DNA of 64,000 bases from Candidatus Poribacteria bacterium (GCA_965208325.1 OZ242326.1:800001-864000); one strand, 5' to 3'. Shown: positions 10,103 through 19,696, numbered from the stretch's first letter. Notes: generated from the sequence alone by a model not told the origin. Program-made: numbers and translations.

Positions 10103-10870
10103 TTAACCAATGACCCGAAAATCATGCAGACCGTGACGGAATATTACAACCCCGTTCATGTTAGTTATATTGATTTTTATCTCATATCGACTGAACCAAG
10201 CAACAAACCCTGTTATAATTTCGCCCCCATGGAGCGTCGCCGTCACCAAAATTCTATCTTTGCAGCATTTATTGAGGATGCTGTCCTCAACGTGGAATCG
10301 ATCGGATTTTGGGACGATGGCGTCTAGCTTCCGGCGTTTCAATGCTTCATCGAAAGCAATGCGCGGCAAAATTTGAAATGCTTGATTTCGCTTATACATG
10401 TATTTGATGCTTATTTTTTCAATACGCCGCATCTTCCCGTCGGATAAAACATCGAAAGCGTAAGTCATCCGGCGAATGATAACACCTACAAGCGTTTCGC
10501 CGTACCGTGCAAAAACCATGAGTGTCTTCTTTCGAATCTGCTTTTGCACGTAGGAACGACCAAATCCTTCTGCACGGATCTGCGCCAACAATTTTGGGGC
10601 TAATTGACGGCGTGCCGGTGTATTCCAAGATTTATTATTCTTTTGCCTCCGTGCTTGTCCGTACGAGACTTGGGACTGGGTGAAATACATCTGTTCTGCA
10701 GAAACTGAACCCCGTGAATCGCTTTGAGGGCGCCAGAAACTGGTTATCGGAATCACCATTAGCGAGTTGAGTTCCTTATATCGGTTGAATGCGGCATCGG
10801 CGGCGGTGGATAATCCAGAAACGTGTATGTTCCAGATCGTTAAATCGACTAGTGCGGTGTATTGGAACAC
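10103..10870 (-). CDS. Hypothetical basic protein with two putative Sm/Hfq-like domains (true start probably downstream of 10870)
   Basis: 255-aa ORF whose C-terminal ~60 aa align by eye with Hfq (EDSILN..KDRILVTATLHGGEIITGFVAWFSRYEI...VIFRH). Confidence 0.6.
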   Translation of the reverse strand: MFQYTALVDLTIWNIHVSGLSTAADAAFNRYKELNSLMVIPITSFWRPQSDSRGSVSAEQMYFTQSQVSYGQARRQKNNKSWNTPARRQLAPKLLAQIRAEGFGRSYVQKQIRKKTLMVFARYGETLVGVIIRRMTYAFDVLSDGKMRRIEKISIKYMYKRNQAFQILPRIAFDEALKRRKLDAIVPKSDRFHVEDSILNKCCKDRILVTATLHGGEIITGFVAWFSRYEIKINITNMNGVVIFRHGLHDFRVIG

Positions 10871-11021
10871 GCAGCGATGTCTCTGCAGGCAAAATTAAAC
10901 TTCTCTATCGCGGGTACGCCCGTGCACGTTTTTACCGTTTATGCAATAAAATCCGATTAAAATACGTCTTGAAATAGTAACGTCTAATGAGTTTCATACT
11001 CGGCCAATACCCTGAATTATG

Positions 11022-11050
11022 TTGATAACGCATAGGAATTTTGGTATAAT
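11022..11050 (+). promoter_or_regulatory. Putative sigma70 promoter
   Basis: TTGATA-17 nt-TATAAT with an extended TGn. Confidence 0.6.
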
Positions 11051-11066
11051 TCGTCTGTTTTAACTT

Positions 11067-11441
11067 ATGCAGTCACGGTATGGTGCAACTATGCGATCGC
11101 CTTTTTTCGGCGGAAAAACTCCTAGGACGTTCCGTTTTCTACGCTTCCTTTATCACCTTCCGAATTTCGTTAAACTGACCTGGCGTTTGTTTTGGGACCC
11201 GCGTGTACCGGTTCATCGTAAGGCAATTCTCGTGATTTTTTGCATGCTCGCAATCGTTCTGTCAGTGGCTTACTTTTATCTTCCCTTTGACGCGATTCCT
11301 GATTTCCTTCCCATTGGAAGAGGCGACGATCTGCTCATTGGAATTTTCTTGATTTTGGTTCCGGGTGCATGGTTGTTCATCAAATTTTGCCCGGAAGATA
11401 TCGTGAATGAACATGTTGACCAGATTTCAAAACGGCATTGA
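11067..11441 (+). CDS. YkvA/DUF1232 membrane protein
   Basis: DPRVP...K, YFYLPFDAIPDFLPIGRGDD motif. The start may be at 11091. Confidence 0.85.
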   Translation: MQSRYGATMRSPFFGGKTPRTFRFLRFLYHLPNFVKLTWRLFWDPRVPVHRKAILVIFCMLAIVLSVAYFYLPFDAIPDFLPIGRGDDLLIGIFLILVPGAWLFIKFCPEDIVNEHVDQISKRH

Positions 11442-11739
11442 AACCGCCACACAGATATTCATTGCGGGGCGGAAGGTACCAATATATTTCACGACTGGCG
11501 CCAGCGCTAACTCCGAGTACGAATAAAACAAGAATACCACGACATTGAATAACACGCAACTAGAAATTAAAGGGATAAGCGTATGCTGATGTCCCTTTCG
11601 TCTTGATGTGTAAGTCTGGATTTGCTAAAATAGTCGTCTTGTTGAGAATCTCATGAATTCGTCTTCTGCGCCAGTTGAAGCAAAGATTTATGAACATCGC
11701 TTTTGTTGTGAATTTGGGGAATACATGAAGGAGAAGCCT

Positions 11740-12912
11740 ATGAGTAGATCGTGGATCCGAAGCGGCAATGAAGTGCTTGCAACTCTGCAAGATGTTGTGG
11801 CAATTGAAAGCGTGAACCCCGATTTGCCCGGCGGCTGCCGCGGCGAGATTGACATGGTGGAATATATCTCTGATTTCTTCGACGCCGCCGGGATCCCTTC
11901 TGAAACACATGAAGTCCTACCGGGGCGAAGTAACATTGTCGCAACACTTGAGGGTGTAAACCCCGATCGTGTGTTGTTGTTTGAATGCCATATGGACACA
12001 GCTAGCGCCGACATCATGACGATTCCGCCCTTTGAACCGCACATCCGTGATGACTTGTTGTACGGGCGCGGTGCGTCTGACACGAAAGCCGGTGGGGTTG
12101 CGATGATGCATGCCATGAAACGGCTGAAATCGGCGGGCGTCACGCCGCCGTGCACCATCAAATACGCGGGCGCCGTGGATGAAGAATACCGCTTTCGAGG
12201 CGCGCTGCACCTTGCGGCAACCGTCAAGGCAGACGCGGCGATTATTGCGGAACCGACTGAACTCGCTGTCATCCGAACGCACAAGGGTATTGCACGTTTT
12301 CGAATTGTAGTTAAGGGTATCGCGGCACACAGTTCTAAGCCGCAGCTCGGTGTCAACGCCATATCTAAGATGGCTCGGATTATCAGCGCAATTGAAAGCG
12401 AAATTGTGCCGATGTACAAAAAGAGTGTCCATCCTCTAGTCGGTAGTCCAACCGTGAATGTTGGCGTTATTTCTGGCGGAACGCAGTTTAACTTTGTTCC
12501 CGACCGATGCGTCATTGAGGTTGACCGGCGTGTCATTCCCGGACAGACTCCGGAGGCGGCTCTTGATGAGTTTCGCCAACTGTTGTCACGCGCTCAAGCG
12601 GTGGATCCGGAGTTAGACGCGTTTTTAGAGGAACCGTTTTTGCTGGATGGCGCCATGGAAACACCTGAAAGCGCGGCCATTGTTCAGATTGCAATCAATG
12701 CCTGCCGCGTTGTGCAAGGCGACGCGGCAATCACGGGCGTTCCCTATGGCACCGATGCCAGCAAATTTACGGCAGTCGGCATTCCTGCGATTGTCTTCGG
12801 TCCGGGCAGCATTGACCAAGCCCACGCCGCCGTGGAATGGATATCTTGTGAACAAGTTTTAACGGCTGTAGACATTTATCAACAGATAATGATGACTGAC
12901 CTTGCCGTTTGA
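11740..12912 (+). CDS. M20 family ArgE/DapE-like deacylase
   Basis: CHMDT, YGRGASDTK, VDEE, AEPT, AAHSS and GPGSIDQAH motifs. AAGGAG RBS precedes the ATG at 11740. Confidence 0.9.
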   Translation: MSRSWIRSGNEVLATLQDVVAIESVNPDLPGGCRGEIDMVEYISDFFDAAGIPSETHEVLPGRSNIVATLEGVNPDRVLLFECHMDTASADIMTIPPFEPHIRDDLLYGRGASDTKAGGVAMMHAMKRLKSAGVTPPCTIKYAGAVDEEYRFRGALHLAATVKADAAIIAEPTELAVIRTHKGIARFRIVVKGIAAHSSKPQLGVNAISKMARIISAIESEIVPMYKKSVHPLVGSPTVNVGVISGGTQFNFVPDRCVIEVDRRVIPGQTPEAALDEFRQLLSRAQAVDPELDAFLEEPFLLDGAMETPESAAIVQIAINACRVVQGDAAITGVPYGTDASKFTAVGIPAIVFGPGSIDQAHAAVEWISCEQVLTAVDIYQQIMMTDLAV

Positions 12913-12944
12913 TTGTTAGGATTTTCGAACAGGAGGAAAAAGAT

Positions 12945-13415
12945 ATGTTTTCGGTAAAGCAACTGGGACATGTAGGGATATTTTGCACGGACCTGCAGAG
13001 ATCAAAGGAGTTCTATACCCGTAATCTAGGTCTCACCGTCACCGACGAGGATCCCGAAGGCCGCTTAATATTTCTCAGCGCGCGGCCTGAAGAGGAGCAC
13101 CATGAAGTCGCCCTCTGCCCGGGCAGGGATACGCCGCCGGGGGCGAAGGTCATCCAGCAGATTTCCTTCATTGTGGAGGATCTTGCTACACTGAAACAGA
13201 TTTACCAACATCTCAAGCAAAATGGGGTGCGCTTCCGAAGCGTCGTGAGCCACGGCATGTGCATCGCTATCTATTTTTACGATCCCGACGATAATGTCCT
13301 TGAGGTTTACGCGAAGACTCCGTACCGAACGCCGCAGCCATATATAGAGGACGTAAATCTCGATCTGACTGAACAGGAGTTGCTAGCCATTGCTGAAGCA
13401 AGCCTCCGGTCTTAG
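12945..13415 (+). CDS. VOC-family (glyoxalase/extradiol dioxygenase-like) protein
   Basis: LGHVGI, FYTRNLGL, EHHEVAL and IYFYDPDDNVLEVY. AGGAGG RBS precedes the ATG at 12945. Confidence 0.88.
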   Translation: MFSVKQLGHVGIFCTDLQRSKEFYTRNLGLTVTDEDPEGRLIFLSARPEEEHHEVALCPGRDTPPGAKVIQQISFIVEDLATLKQIYQHLKQNGVRFRSVVSHGMCIAIYFYDPDDNVLEVYAKTPYRTPQPYIEDVNLDLTEQELLAIAEASLRS

Positions 13416-13491
13416 CTTTACTACTCTCAAATTTATTTTGTATAGCGTTATAGTGTTATACTAACTGAAATGAATACTAGGAGATTATTCG

Positions 13492-14802
13492 ATGACTGAA
13501 AGACGCAAACCGTATGTATATGTTACGCTAGAAGGCCCTGATGATGGCGGTGATTTTGGGCCGAATACACCGGGAACCAAAACGAGCGGTTTTCAAGAAG
13601 CCATAGATTACGCACACGAAATTTGTAGGGATGTTTACGTCTTTGGGGGGAGAGGCGGAATGCACGGCGGGGAAGGCATTCCACACAATGTGTATACGCT
13701 TGATGAGACGTTACGGATTCCTTGGAGTCAAGATTTTCGAATGGACGGCGGGAATTATCTGTTGGCCTATCAGCCGTCTAGCGGTGATGCCATACATATT
13801 GACAGCCAGATGAATTGCAGGTACAAGCTTGGTCTCCTTACTTGTGCTTCCGACGGCGCCACCGTCCGAATTAAACCGGAGACACCAGGTCCTGACGATT
13901 TTGTTGCTATTACTGCCAGTATTTTTGATTTCTCTGCGGTCTGTTCTCAGGGAACCGGAATTGTTATTGATTCCTCTGAAGGGCTCATTATCAATAGTAA
14001 AGTCTTCGCCGAAGAAACGAACACGCGCAAGCAGGGAGTCTATGTCACCGACGACGGCGGATCGGGGCAATGGATTAGCAACAATCACATACAAGTAATG
14101 TATGGAAACCAATATCACGCCCATGCGAACTGCACCGGACTTCAGCTGGGCGACCCCGGATCAAAAAAGATTGTAAACAATACGTTTGAGATGTCGTTGC
14201 ATTCGCCGAGAGGCGCATACTTGGATCCGGAGACCAAGAGATATCTGACTGCTGAAGACTTTGTCCCGGAAAATGCGGTAGGGGCAGATATTTACGCTCA
14301 ACGGAATGTGCTGCACTTGTCATTTTACGGTAAGAGGTCTTCTGGACAGGACATAATTTTTGAGCCAGAATCGAGGGATAACACCATACACGCCTTCAAC
14401 CTACCGAATGGGATCACAAACCGGGCTACGGTGCCTACGAATCGAATCGTACCCAATTGGCCTATCGGTTTCGATTTACCCACTCCACCAGTTCCGGCGT
14501 CGGGAGAATCGCTGGTGAATACCACCCCATACACTGCGCAAATCATCATTCTTGCAACGGGAGAAGTTTCAAGTTGGACGCTAACAGATGCCGAAAGCCC
14601 CAATCAGACTTATCCACGAAACCTCAGTCTCGCGGACAATCTGAATCGACCGCAACTAACGGCGCCACCGCCCAGGGCACCAATTAACCAAACTATTTCT
14701 GCAGGTTTTTTCCCCGGACAGACAATTGTTTTGGAACCTGGGGAACACATCCAACTCACGTATTCACAAGCGCCTACCTGGAGATGGAAGGCGTTAAGAT
14801 GA
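13492..14802 (+). CDS. Hypothetical protein, probable right-handed beta-helix (pectate-lyase-like)
   Basis: N-terminal TSGFQEAIDYA..VYV motif typical of beta-helix caps, GI.I/NN.F repeats and an AGGAG RBS. No signal peptide. Confidence 0.6.
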   Translation: MTERRKPYVYVTLEGPDDGGDFGPNTPGTKTSGFQEAIDYAHEICRDVYVFGGRGGMHGGEGIPHNVYTLDETLRIPWSQDFRMDGGNYLLAYQPSSGDAIHIDSQMNCRYKLGLLTCASDGATVRIKPETPGPDDFVAITASIFDFSAVCSQGTGIVIDSSEGLIINSKVFAEETNTRKQGVYVTDDGGSGQWISNNHIQVMYGNQYHAHANCTGLQLGDPGSKKIVNNTFEMSLHSPRGAYLDPETKRYLTAEDFVPENAVGADIYAQRNVLHLSFYGKRSSGQDIIFEPESRDNTIHAFNLPNGITNRATVPTNRIVPNWPIGFDLPTPPVPASGESLVNTTPYTAQIIILATGEVSSWTLTDAESPNQTYPRNLSLADNLNRPQLTAPPPRAPINQTISAGFFPGQTIVLEPGEHIQLTYSQAPTWRWKALR

Positions 14803-14928
14803 TTCTGCTGCGTCCGCGTATCCCAATGCAGCAAACAGAGCGTGTGTTCTGTATGGTTGGAAAAGCTATCGAACGAATACGTGAAATTTCTTAGGCGGCG
14901 GAAAGAAGAAACGGCTTAATCGACTCTG

Positions 14929-16227
14929 CTAATAAGTTGCTTGGATAGTAAGCGAAGCGATGTGGTTGGTAAATTTCAGAAAGTCGAAAATTCTGGCTGT
15001 TTCGTTAGTACCGTTTTTAGTGAGTTGGTAATCACCGAGTAGGTTAAGCCGGTCTCGGAGTTTCCAGTTGAATCGGAGATTTAAGCCGATCTGATTGTCC
15101 TTGCGTTTCTCGGCGTTTTCGTTTAGAACGAGCCCCTCGCCGCGTACTTCTCGCTCATCGAAATAAATGCCTAAACGGGACAGGCGCACGCGAGCCCAAT
15201 TATTGCTGTCAATTTTATAGAATGCGCTCATCGCTATTTCGATACTGGAATAGTCGTAGAAGCCGACATCAGAGTTGTTCAAGAACAGATTTAATTCTTC
15301 TTGCAATACAACATGATCGGTCGGGATTTCGACCAGCTTGGCGGATAGAAATTGGCGCAGATCTGTTCGCGATTCATCCCCTTGCAAGCCCGCAATAAAT
15401 TGCACAAGATTGTTAAGATTATTTTTGTAATTCTCTCCTTCAATCGAATATTCAAACTTTCCCAACAAACGATTCACTATCCCCACCTGTATCCGTGCCA
15501 CGCCCTGATGACTTGTGGATCCGACAAGCAGAAAATCCTCGCGCCTTGTCAGGTCATCATCGAATGAGCGCGCGCGGAGGTTGTATTCCAATAACTTACC
15601 GAACCGGAAATTGATTTGGCGCTGTATGCTATCATAGGTGTCATCCTGCCGATCTAATCGCTGGAGTTGGTGTGATAAGCTAAGAAGCGGAAGTTTATCA
15701 GTCGGACGAAAATTAAGTTCAGTCAGAAAGAGATCTGTGAACGCATCAAATTCGTTGAGTTGCCCGTTTTCGCCGCTATAGTTTTCCAGTTGCGGAAAAT
15801 ACTGAAAATTCAACCCGAAATGAGATCCAAGCGGCAGAGTTCCTTGAAAGTTGACTCCGGCTTGATTGACAATTCCTTGAAGTTGCGGGCTTTCGCGTCC
15901 CGCAAGGCTACTGGTATTGGGATCGATGCTCAAACCAAATTCGAGATGATTATTGAACGTATTGCTAAGCTGATAATCAACGGTTAACTCGGGTTCAAAG
16001 ACTGCCGGTTCTTCAATCTCTTGTTCAAACAATTCTTGGCCAAATTGCCTTTGAATCTGCGCCGAGGAGTTCAACACGCCGAATGTCAATTGGACGAATA
16101 TGCAAATCCAGATTGGCAGTTTAAAGCTGGCACGACTTATCTGTTGTTGCAATTGAACGTTCCTATTCCTTTCTAAGCTGAAATCAGGGGTTGCAGGGGC
16201 ATGATTCGCGGTCAAAATATACCACAC
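14929..16227 (-). CDS. Putative outer-membrane beta-barrel protein (start uncertain)
   Basis: Signal-like LPIWICIFVQLTFGVLNSSA-Q, alternating amphipathic strands and a C-terminal IASLTIQATY beta-signal. Confidence 0.7.
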   Translation of the reverse strand: MWYILTANHAPATPDFSLERNRNVQLQQQISRASFKLPIWICIFVQLTFGVLNSSAQIQRQFGQELFEQEIEEPAVFEPELTVDYQLSNTFNNHLEFGLSIDPNTSSLAGRESPQLQGIVNQAGVNFQGTLPLGSHFGLNFQYFPQLENYSGENGQLNEFDAFTDLFLTELNFRPTDKLPLLSLSHQLQRLDRQDDTYDSIQRQINFRFGKLLEYNLRARSFDDDLTRREDFLLVGSTSHQGVARIQVGIVNRLLGKFEYSIEGENYKNNLNNLVQFIAGLQGDESRTDLRQFLSAKLVEIPTDHVVLQEELNLFLNNSDVGFYDYSSIEIAMSAFYKIDSNNWARVRLSRLGIYFDEREVRGEGLVLNENAEKRKDNQIGLNLRFNWKLRDRLNLLGDYQLTKNGTNETARIFDFLKFTNHIASLTIQATY

Positions 16228-16239
16228 TCAATTGGCCGG

Positions 16240-16717
16240 TCATCGTTTATTAATTTCAATACGTCCGCTCCCTTTTAAACGTAATCTCTTCTTATGCGAG
16301 GCAGCGATTCAGTATCATCTGCCAGCGACGCCCATCACACAGGCGAGGCTTCCATCAATGGTTAAACTGATCGGGCGATGCGGCGGCAAATGGATTGAGG
16401 ATATAATTCTGTAATTCTCATCTTTGGCGGCATCTGCTATCAAAAAAACACCGCTGCTACTTGTTCGAGAGAATAACATTATTGTTTTTGTTGCTAAATG
16501 ATGAAAGAGAAATTGAACCGAGAATTCGGGGATTCTGAACATCCGATACATCGAGAATCGACAAGACGGTTTGATTATCATTGACTCCTGCGGGCGTTGC
16601 TTAGTTCAGTTCAATTCCGATTACACTGCAGCTCAGATGAGCCACCATGATGAGGGTTAAGCACAGTAACATCAATAAGAATTTAACTACTTGACGATTC
16701 ACATTACGCGCAGGCAT
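16240..16717 (-). pseudogene. Degraded LVIVD-repeat lipoprotein
   Basis: AAGGA RBS and ATG at 16717, then MPARNVNRQVVKFLLMLLCLTLIMVAHLSC...ELN*(TAA 16601-16603)ATPAGVNDNQTVLSILDVSDVQNPRILGSISL...NK*(TAG 16457-16459). A second repeat continues in another frame (GVFLIADAAKDENYRIISSIHLP..ISLTIDGSLACV). Confidence 0.65.
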
Positions 16718-16783
16718 TGTTTGTCCTTACCATCGCGTTAAACGAGAGTAGGCGGTTGACCACGTGTGGGCAGCGTGCAATCA

Positions 16784-17023
16784 TTAATAAATTGTGCAGA
16801 CGCCGCCTGCGCAACTGCTGCCGGCTTTCTGAGTAATATCTCCGGCGACAGCGGATTCCTCGCTGGCTTCGAAATCCGCCAGCACTTCAGCGGTTTCATT
16901 TGCCGATGGTGAAAAGCCAACCTGAAACTGGCCAGTCGTTGTAAAGGTGGTGACACATCCCGAAATACTGATTGATGCCAAAATTGCAATAATAACGCAG
17001 CAATTCATCAAACGGGTAAGCAT
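16784..17023 (-). CDS. Small lipoprotein with a C-terminal CAGGVC motif
   Basis: AAGGGG RBS, hydrophobic signal with an ISGC lipobox, acidic linker, and C-terminus SSCAGGVCTIY. Confidence 0.75.
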   Translation of the reverse strand: MLTRLMNCCVIIAILASISISGCVTTFTTTGQFQVGFSPSANETAEVLADFEASEESAVAGDITQKAGSSCAGGVCTIY

Positions 17024-17075
17024 GAAAGTAACCCCCTTATAACTACGTTTTTGCAGGATACGTGATTCTTAACGT

Positions 17076-18248
17076 TCATAACTTCACCTGCTGATAATCC
17101 ACTTCATCAAGGTTATTCGTGCCGAGTCCCAATCGCCATGAAGACCGAATGTATTTGGTAGATTGAGCAGGCTCTAACCCTTGCTCTTGGCGCTTCTCAT
17201 TTATCGTTTCCAACGCAATCTGGTCGACTGCAACTGGGTCGGGGCTTACCAGTAGACCTCCATATTTCCACACGCCGTTTGGATCATATACCGGTCCTCC
17301 ATTAAACGCGGCAAGCAATCCATCGGCGATATTTAACACGACCTTGTCTTGAATAACTGGGTGGGCAAATATTTCCCCAATTGCAGGGTCACAATTCAGC
17401 GGGTTTGAGTGGAACCTGGATGTATTGTCAACACTTCCAAATGCAAGGTTTTTCAAGCAGCCGCTAATCCCGGTAATCGCATGGTGTTTAATTACGGGGA
17501 CGTTAATGATTGCCGAAACCTTGTCGGTAAGAATCTTGGTGTACCTGGATGCAGTGCTGCCATTCTCGCGGCGAACTTCAACATCTTTTTCAGTTTCGTA
17601 GAAAATTTCGTCGTCATACCCGACACCGGTACTATCTGACGCCAAGCAACGCACGCCTTGGGTGCTCTGGTTGATTTTGTATCCGGCATTGACCAGGTGC
17701 GCTTCAAATCGATCCCAGACGATAACCTGATTGTTTAGAACACCGGCTTGGTAAAGTTGATCGACGATCGTATTGACAAGGATCTGATTCGTGCAGAGGC
17801 TTTTCCCGCCTATGGGATTAACCTTAATTCCGATAACGTCGTGGGGCAGCACAAACTCTCGCCACGCCTCCTTCACGGAATCTAGGCCTGTTAGCTTGAT
17901 CATTGCGCGACTGAGCATTTCTCCGACTATCTGTCCATTGAGCGAATCACCGTCCCACACCGTTTCGTCGATAACTTCAACCACGGGGGTTAAATCTTGT
18001 AAGGTGGATTCATCTAACGGAAGTTGGCCCTCTTGAGCGTAGGAAGGTTCATTTCTCTGAACTAGCGCGCCTAGCGCTAATCCACTACCAATCACTCCTT
18101 TTGCTGTCCGGGCAATAAAGCGGCGCCGATTCACCCGCTTGGTTTTCAAACCGGCTGAATACGACTCGCTGTCCCTCTCACGTGAAACGAGGCGGCAATC
18201 TTCAATTATCTGTTCTAGAATCGTATCGTTCGATGTCAGCTTCTCCAT
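17076..18248 (-). CDS. DUF362 family protein with a Tat signal
   Basis: NRRRFIARTAKGVIGSGLALG twin-arginine signal; IGIKVN, INVPVIKHH, ISGCLKN, IADGL and DPVAVD motifs; AGGAGG RBS. Confidence 0.85.
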   Translation of the reverse strand: MEKLTSNDTILEQIIEDCRLVSRERDSESYSAGLKTKRVNRRRFIARTAKGVIGSGLALGALVQRNEPSYAQEGQLPLDESTLQDLTPVVEVIDETVWDGDSLNGQIVGEMLSRAMIKLTGLDSVKEAWREFVLPHDVIGIKVNPIGGKSLCTNQILVNTIVDQLYQAGVLNNQVIVWDRFEAHLVNAGYKINQSTQGVRCLASDSTGVGYDDEIFYETEKDVEVRRENGSTASRYTKILTDKVSAIINVPVIKHHAITGISGCLKNLAFGSVDNTSRFHSNPLNCDPAIGEIFAHPVIQDKVVLNIADGLLAAFNGGPVYDPNGVWKYGGLLVSPDPVAVDQIALETINEKRQEQGLEPAQSTKYIRSSWRLGLGTNNLDEVDYQQVKL

Positions 18249-18776
18249 CGGCCAAGCAACTTCCTCCTATACTCGCGGCTCATTCCGGTATGTCATTCAA
18301 TCGTCTTTGAACAAGGGGTTGTAGTTTTCTCAATTCATCAAGAATGGTGAAGGTAGAAATAGAATTGCCAATCCGAATATCGCCTGACTTCCATCTAACG
18401 ATTGTTGTTTTGACAAATAATATAGGCATTGCGACCAATACGTCTAATACACCGATTTCATTGATTGGTTTGTGGGAGAGGCTGCCTAGCCGCGATTAAA
18501 AATCAGTCGATTGCTCTTTGTGTGAATGTGAACCGCAATCGTTATAGCTTTCAATCCACAACTTCATCCCACACCGTTAATAATACGAAAAGGTGCTCCG
18601 CCGCGCGCCAGAATTCCCGTGTAAAACAGCGGTTTTATTGCTTAATGTAAATGTACATAACATCGCAATCCAGAATGTCAATACGGACGATGGGCAGCGG
18701 TGTGTAAAGGAGTTACATAAGAATCCACACAATCTCCCCAGATATCAAGATAACATGCCTGCCGCCCTACCTCACA

Positions 18777-19619
18777 TTAAATCTGCACGAATTCAGGTTC
18801 TACAGAATCTGAAATTATACCAGATTCGTAACCACGGCGCAGCAGTTCTTTGGCTCCAGCTCTACCCTTAACGCCGAAGTCAAGCGTGTAGTCATTCACA
18901 AACATACCAACAAATTTATCCGCAAGTTCCATTTCCATATCACGTGCATATGTCATTGAATACGCCAATCCCTGCTCACGGTGTTCGAGCGCGTATCGAA
19001 TGCTATGTTTTAGGAGCGACGCAAATTTATGTATCCTTTCTTCTCCGATATCTCGGCGGACGGCATAAGCCCCAACCGGAAGCGGTAATCCCGATTCTTC
19101 ATACCACCATTCCCCCAAATCAACAACTTTACACAGACCCGCATGCGCATAAGTTAACAAACCTTCGTGGATAATTAACCCGGCATCTGTCCGCCCGTCG
19201 TTTACGTATTCCGCTATCTTATCAAACGGGACAAACTCAGGTTGGCATTCCGGTTGGAAAAGACGCAGTGTCAAATAAGCAGTTGTCATCTTTCCGGGAA
19301 TTGCGACCGTCTTGCCCGCTAGCGCTTCTTGAGACATCGGCTCTTTAGAGACCACAAGCGGACCAAATCGATCTCCAACGCTTCCGCCGCAAGGGGTCAA
19401 AATGTAGTTGTCTGCAACATAAGGGTAAGCGTGAACAGAAATAGCTGTAACCTCTAGTTCCGCGTTGAGCGCACGGTGATTTAAACTCTCAATATCTTCA
19501 ACGACAAACTCAATCTCAAGATTATTGGTAGGTATGTGCCCTTCGGCGAGGGCATAAAACATAAAGGCGTCATCAGAACCTGAATTGTGACCAATTCGTA
19601 TTTTTTCGGTGTGCGGCAT
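18777..19619 (-). CDS. mqnD: 1,4-dihydroxy-6-naphthoate synthase (futalosine menaquinone pathway)
   Basis: DDAFMFYAL, DIESLN, AISVHAY, AIPGKMTTAYL, LIIHEG, DLGEWW..GLPLP and MFVNDYTLD motifs. Confidence 0.9.
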   Translation of the reverse strand: MPHTEKIRIGHNSGSDDAFMFYALAEGHIPTNNLEIEFVVEDIESLNHRALNAELEVTAISVHAYPYVADNYILTPCGGSVGDRFGPLVVSKEPMSQEALAGKTVAIPGKMTTAYLTLRLFQPECQPEFVPFDKIAEYVNDGRTDAGLIIHEGLLTYAHAGLCKVVDLGEWWYEESGLPLPVGAYAVRRDIGEERIHKFASLLKHSIRYALEHREQGLAYSMTYARDMEMELADKFVGMFVNDYTLDFGVKGRAGAKELLRRGYESGIISDSVEPEFVQI

Positions 19620-19696
19620 TGCTTTCTCCTAAGACCATTCAAAATCGCATTTGTTGACTATAATTGACGTTGCTCGCTTTGAGCAAAACTGTGCAA

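Noticed and set aside
11688..12536. Long antisense or overlapping alternate-frame ORFs (11688-12536, 4757-5317, 26097-26735, 28722-29462, 45779-46417)
   Set aside because: They shadow well-supported genes and show no recognisable motifs or RBS.
16315..16581. Stand-alone 88-aa CDS with an AGGAG RBS
   Set aside because: Better explained as a frameshifted part of the LVIVD pseudogene.
18590..18650. Cobalamin riboswitch-like AGGTGC...GTGTAA
   Set aside because: No GGGAA or B12-box (GCCACTG) elements, and it is on the wrong strand for the neighbouring genes.
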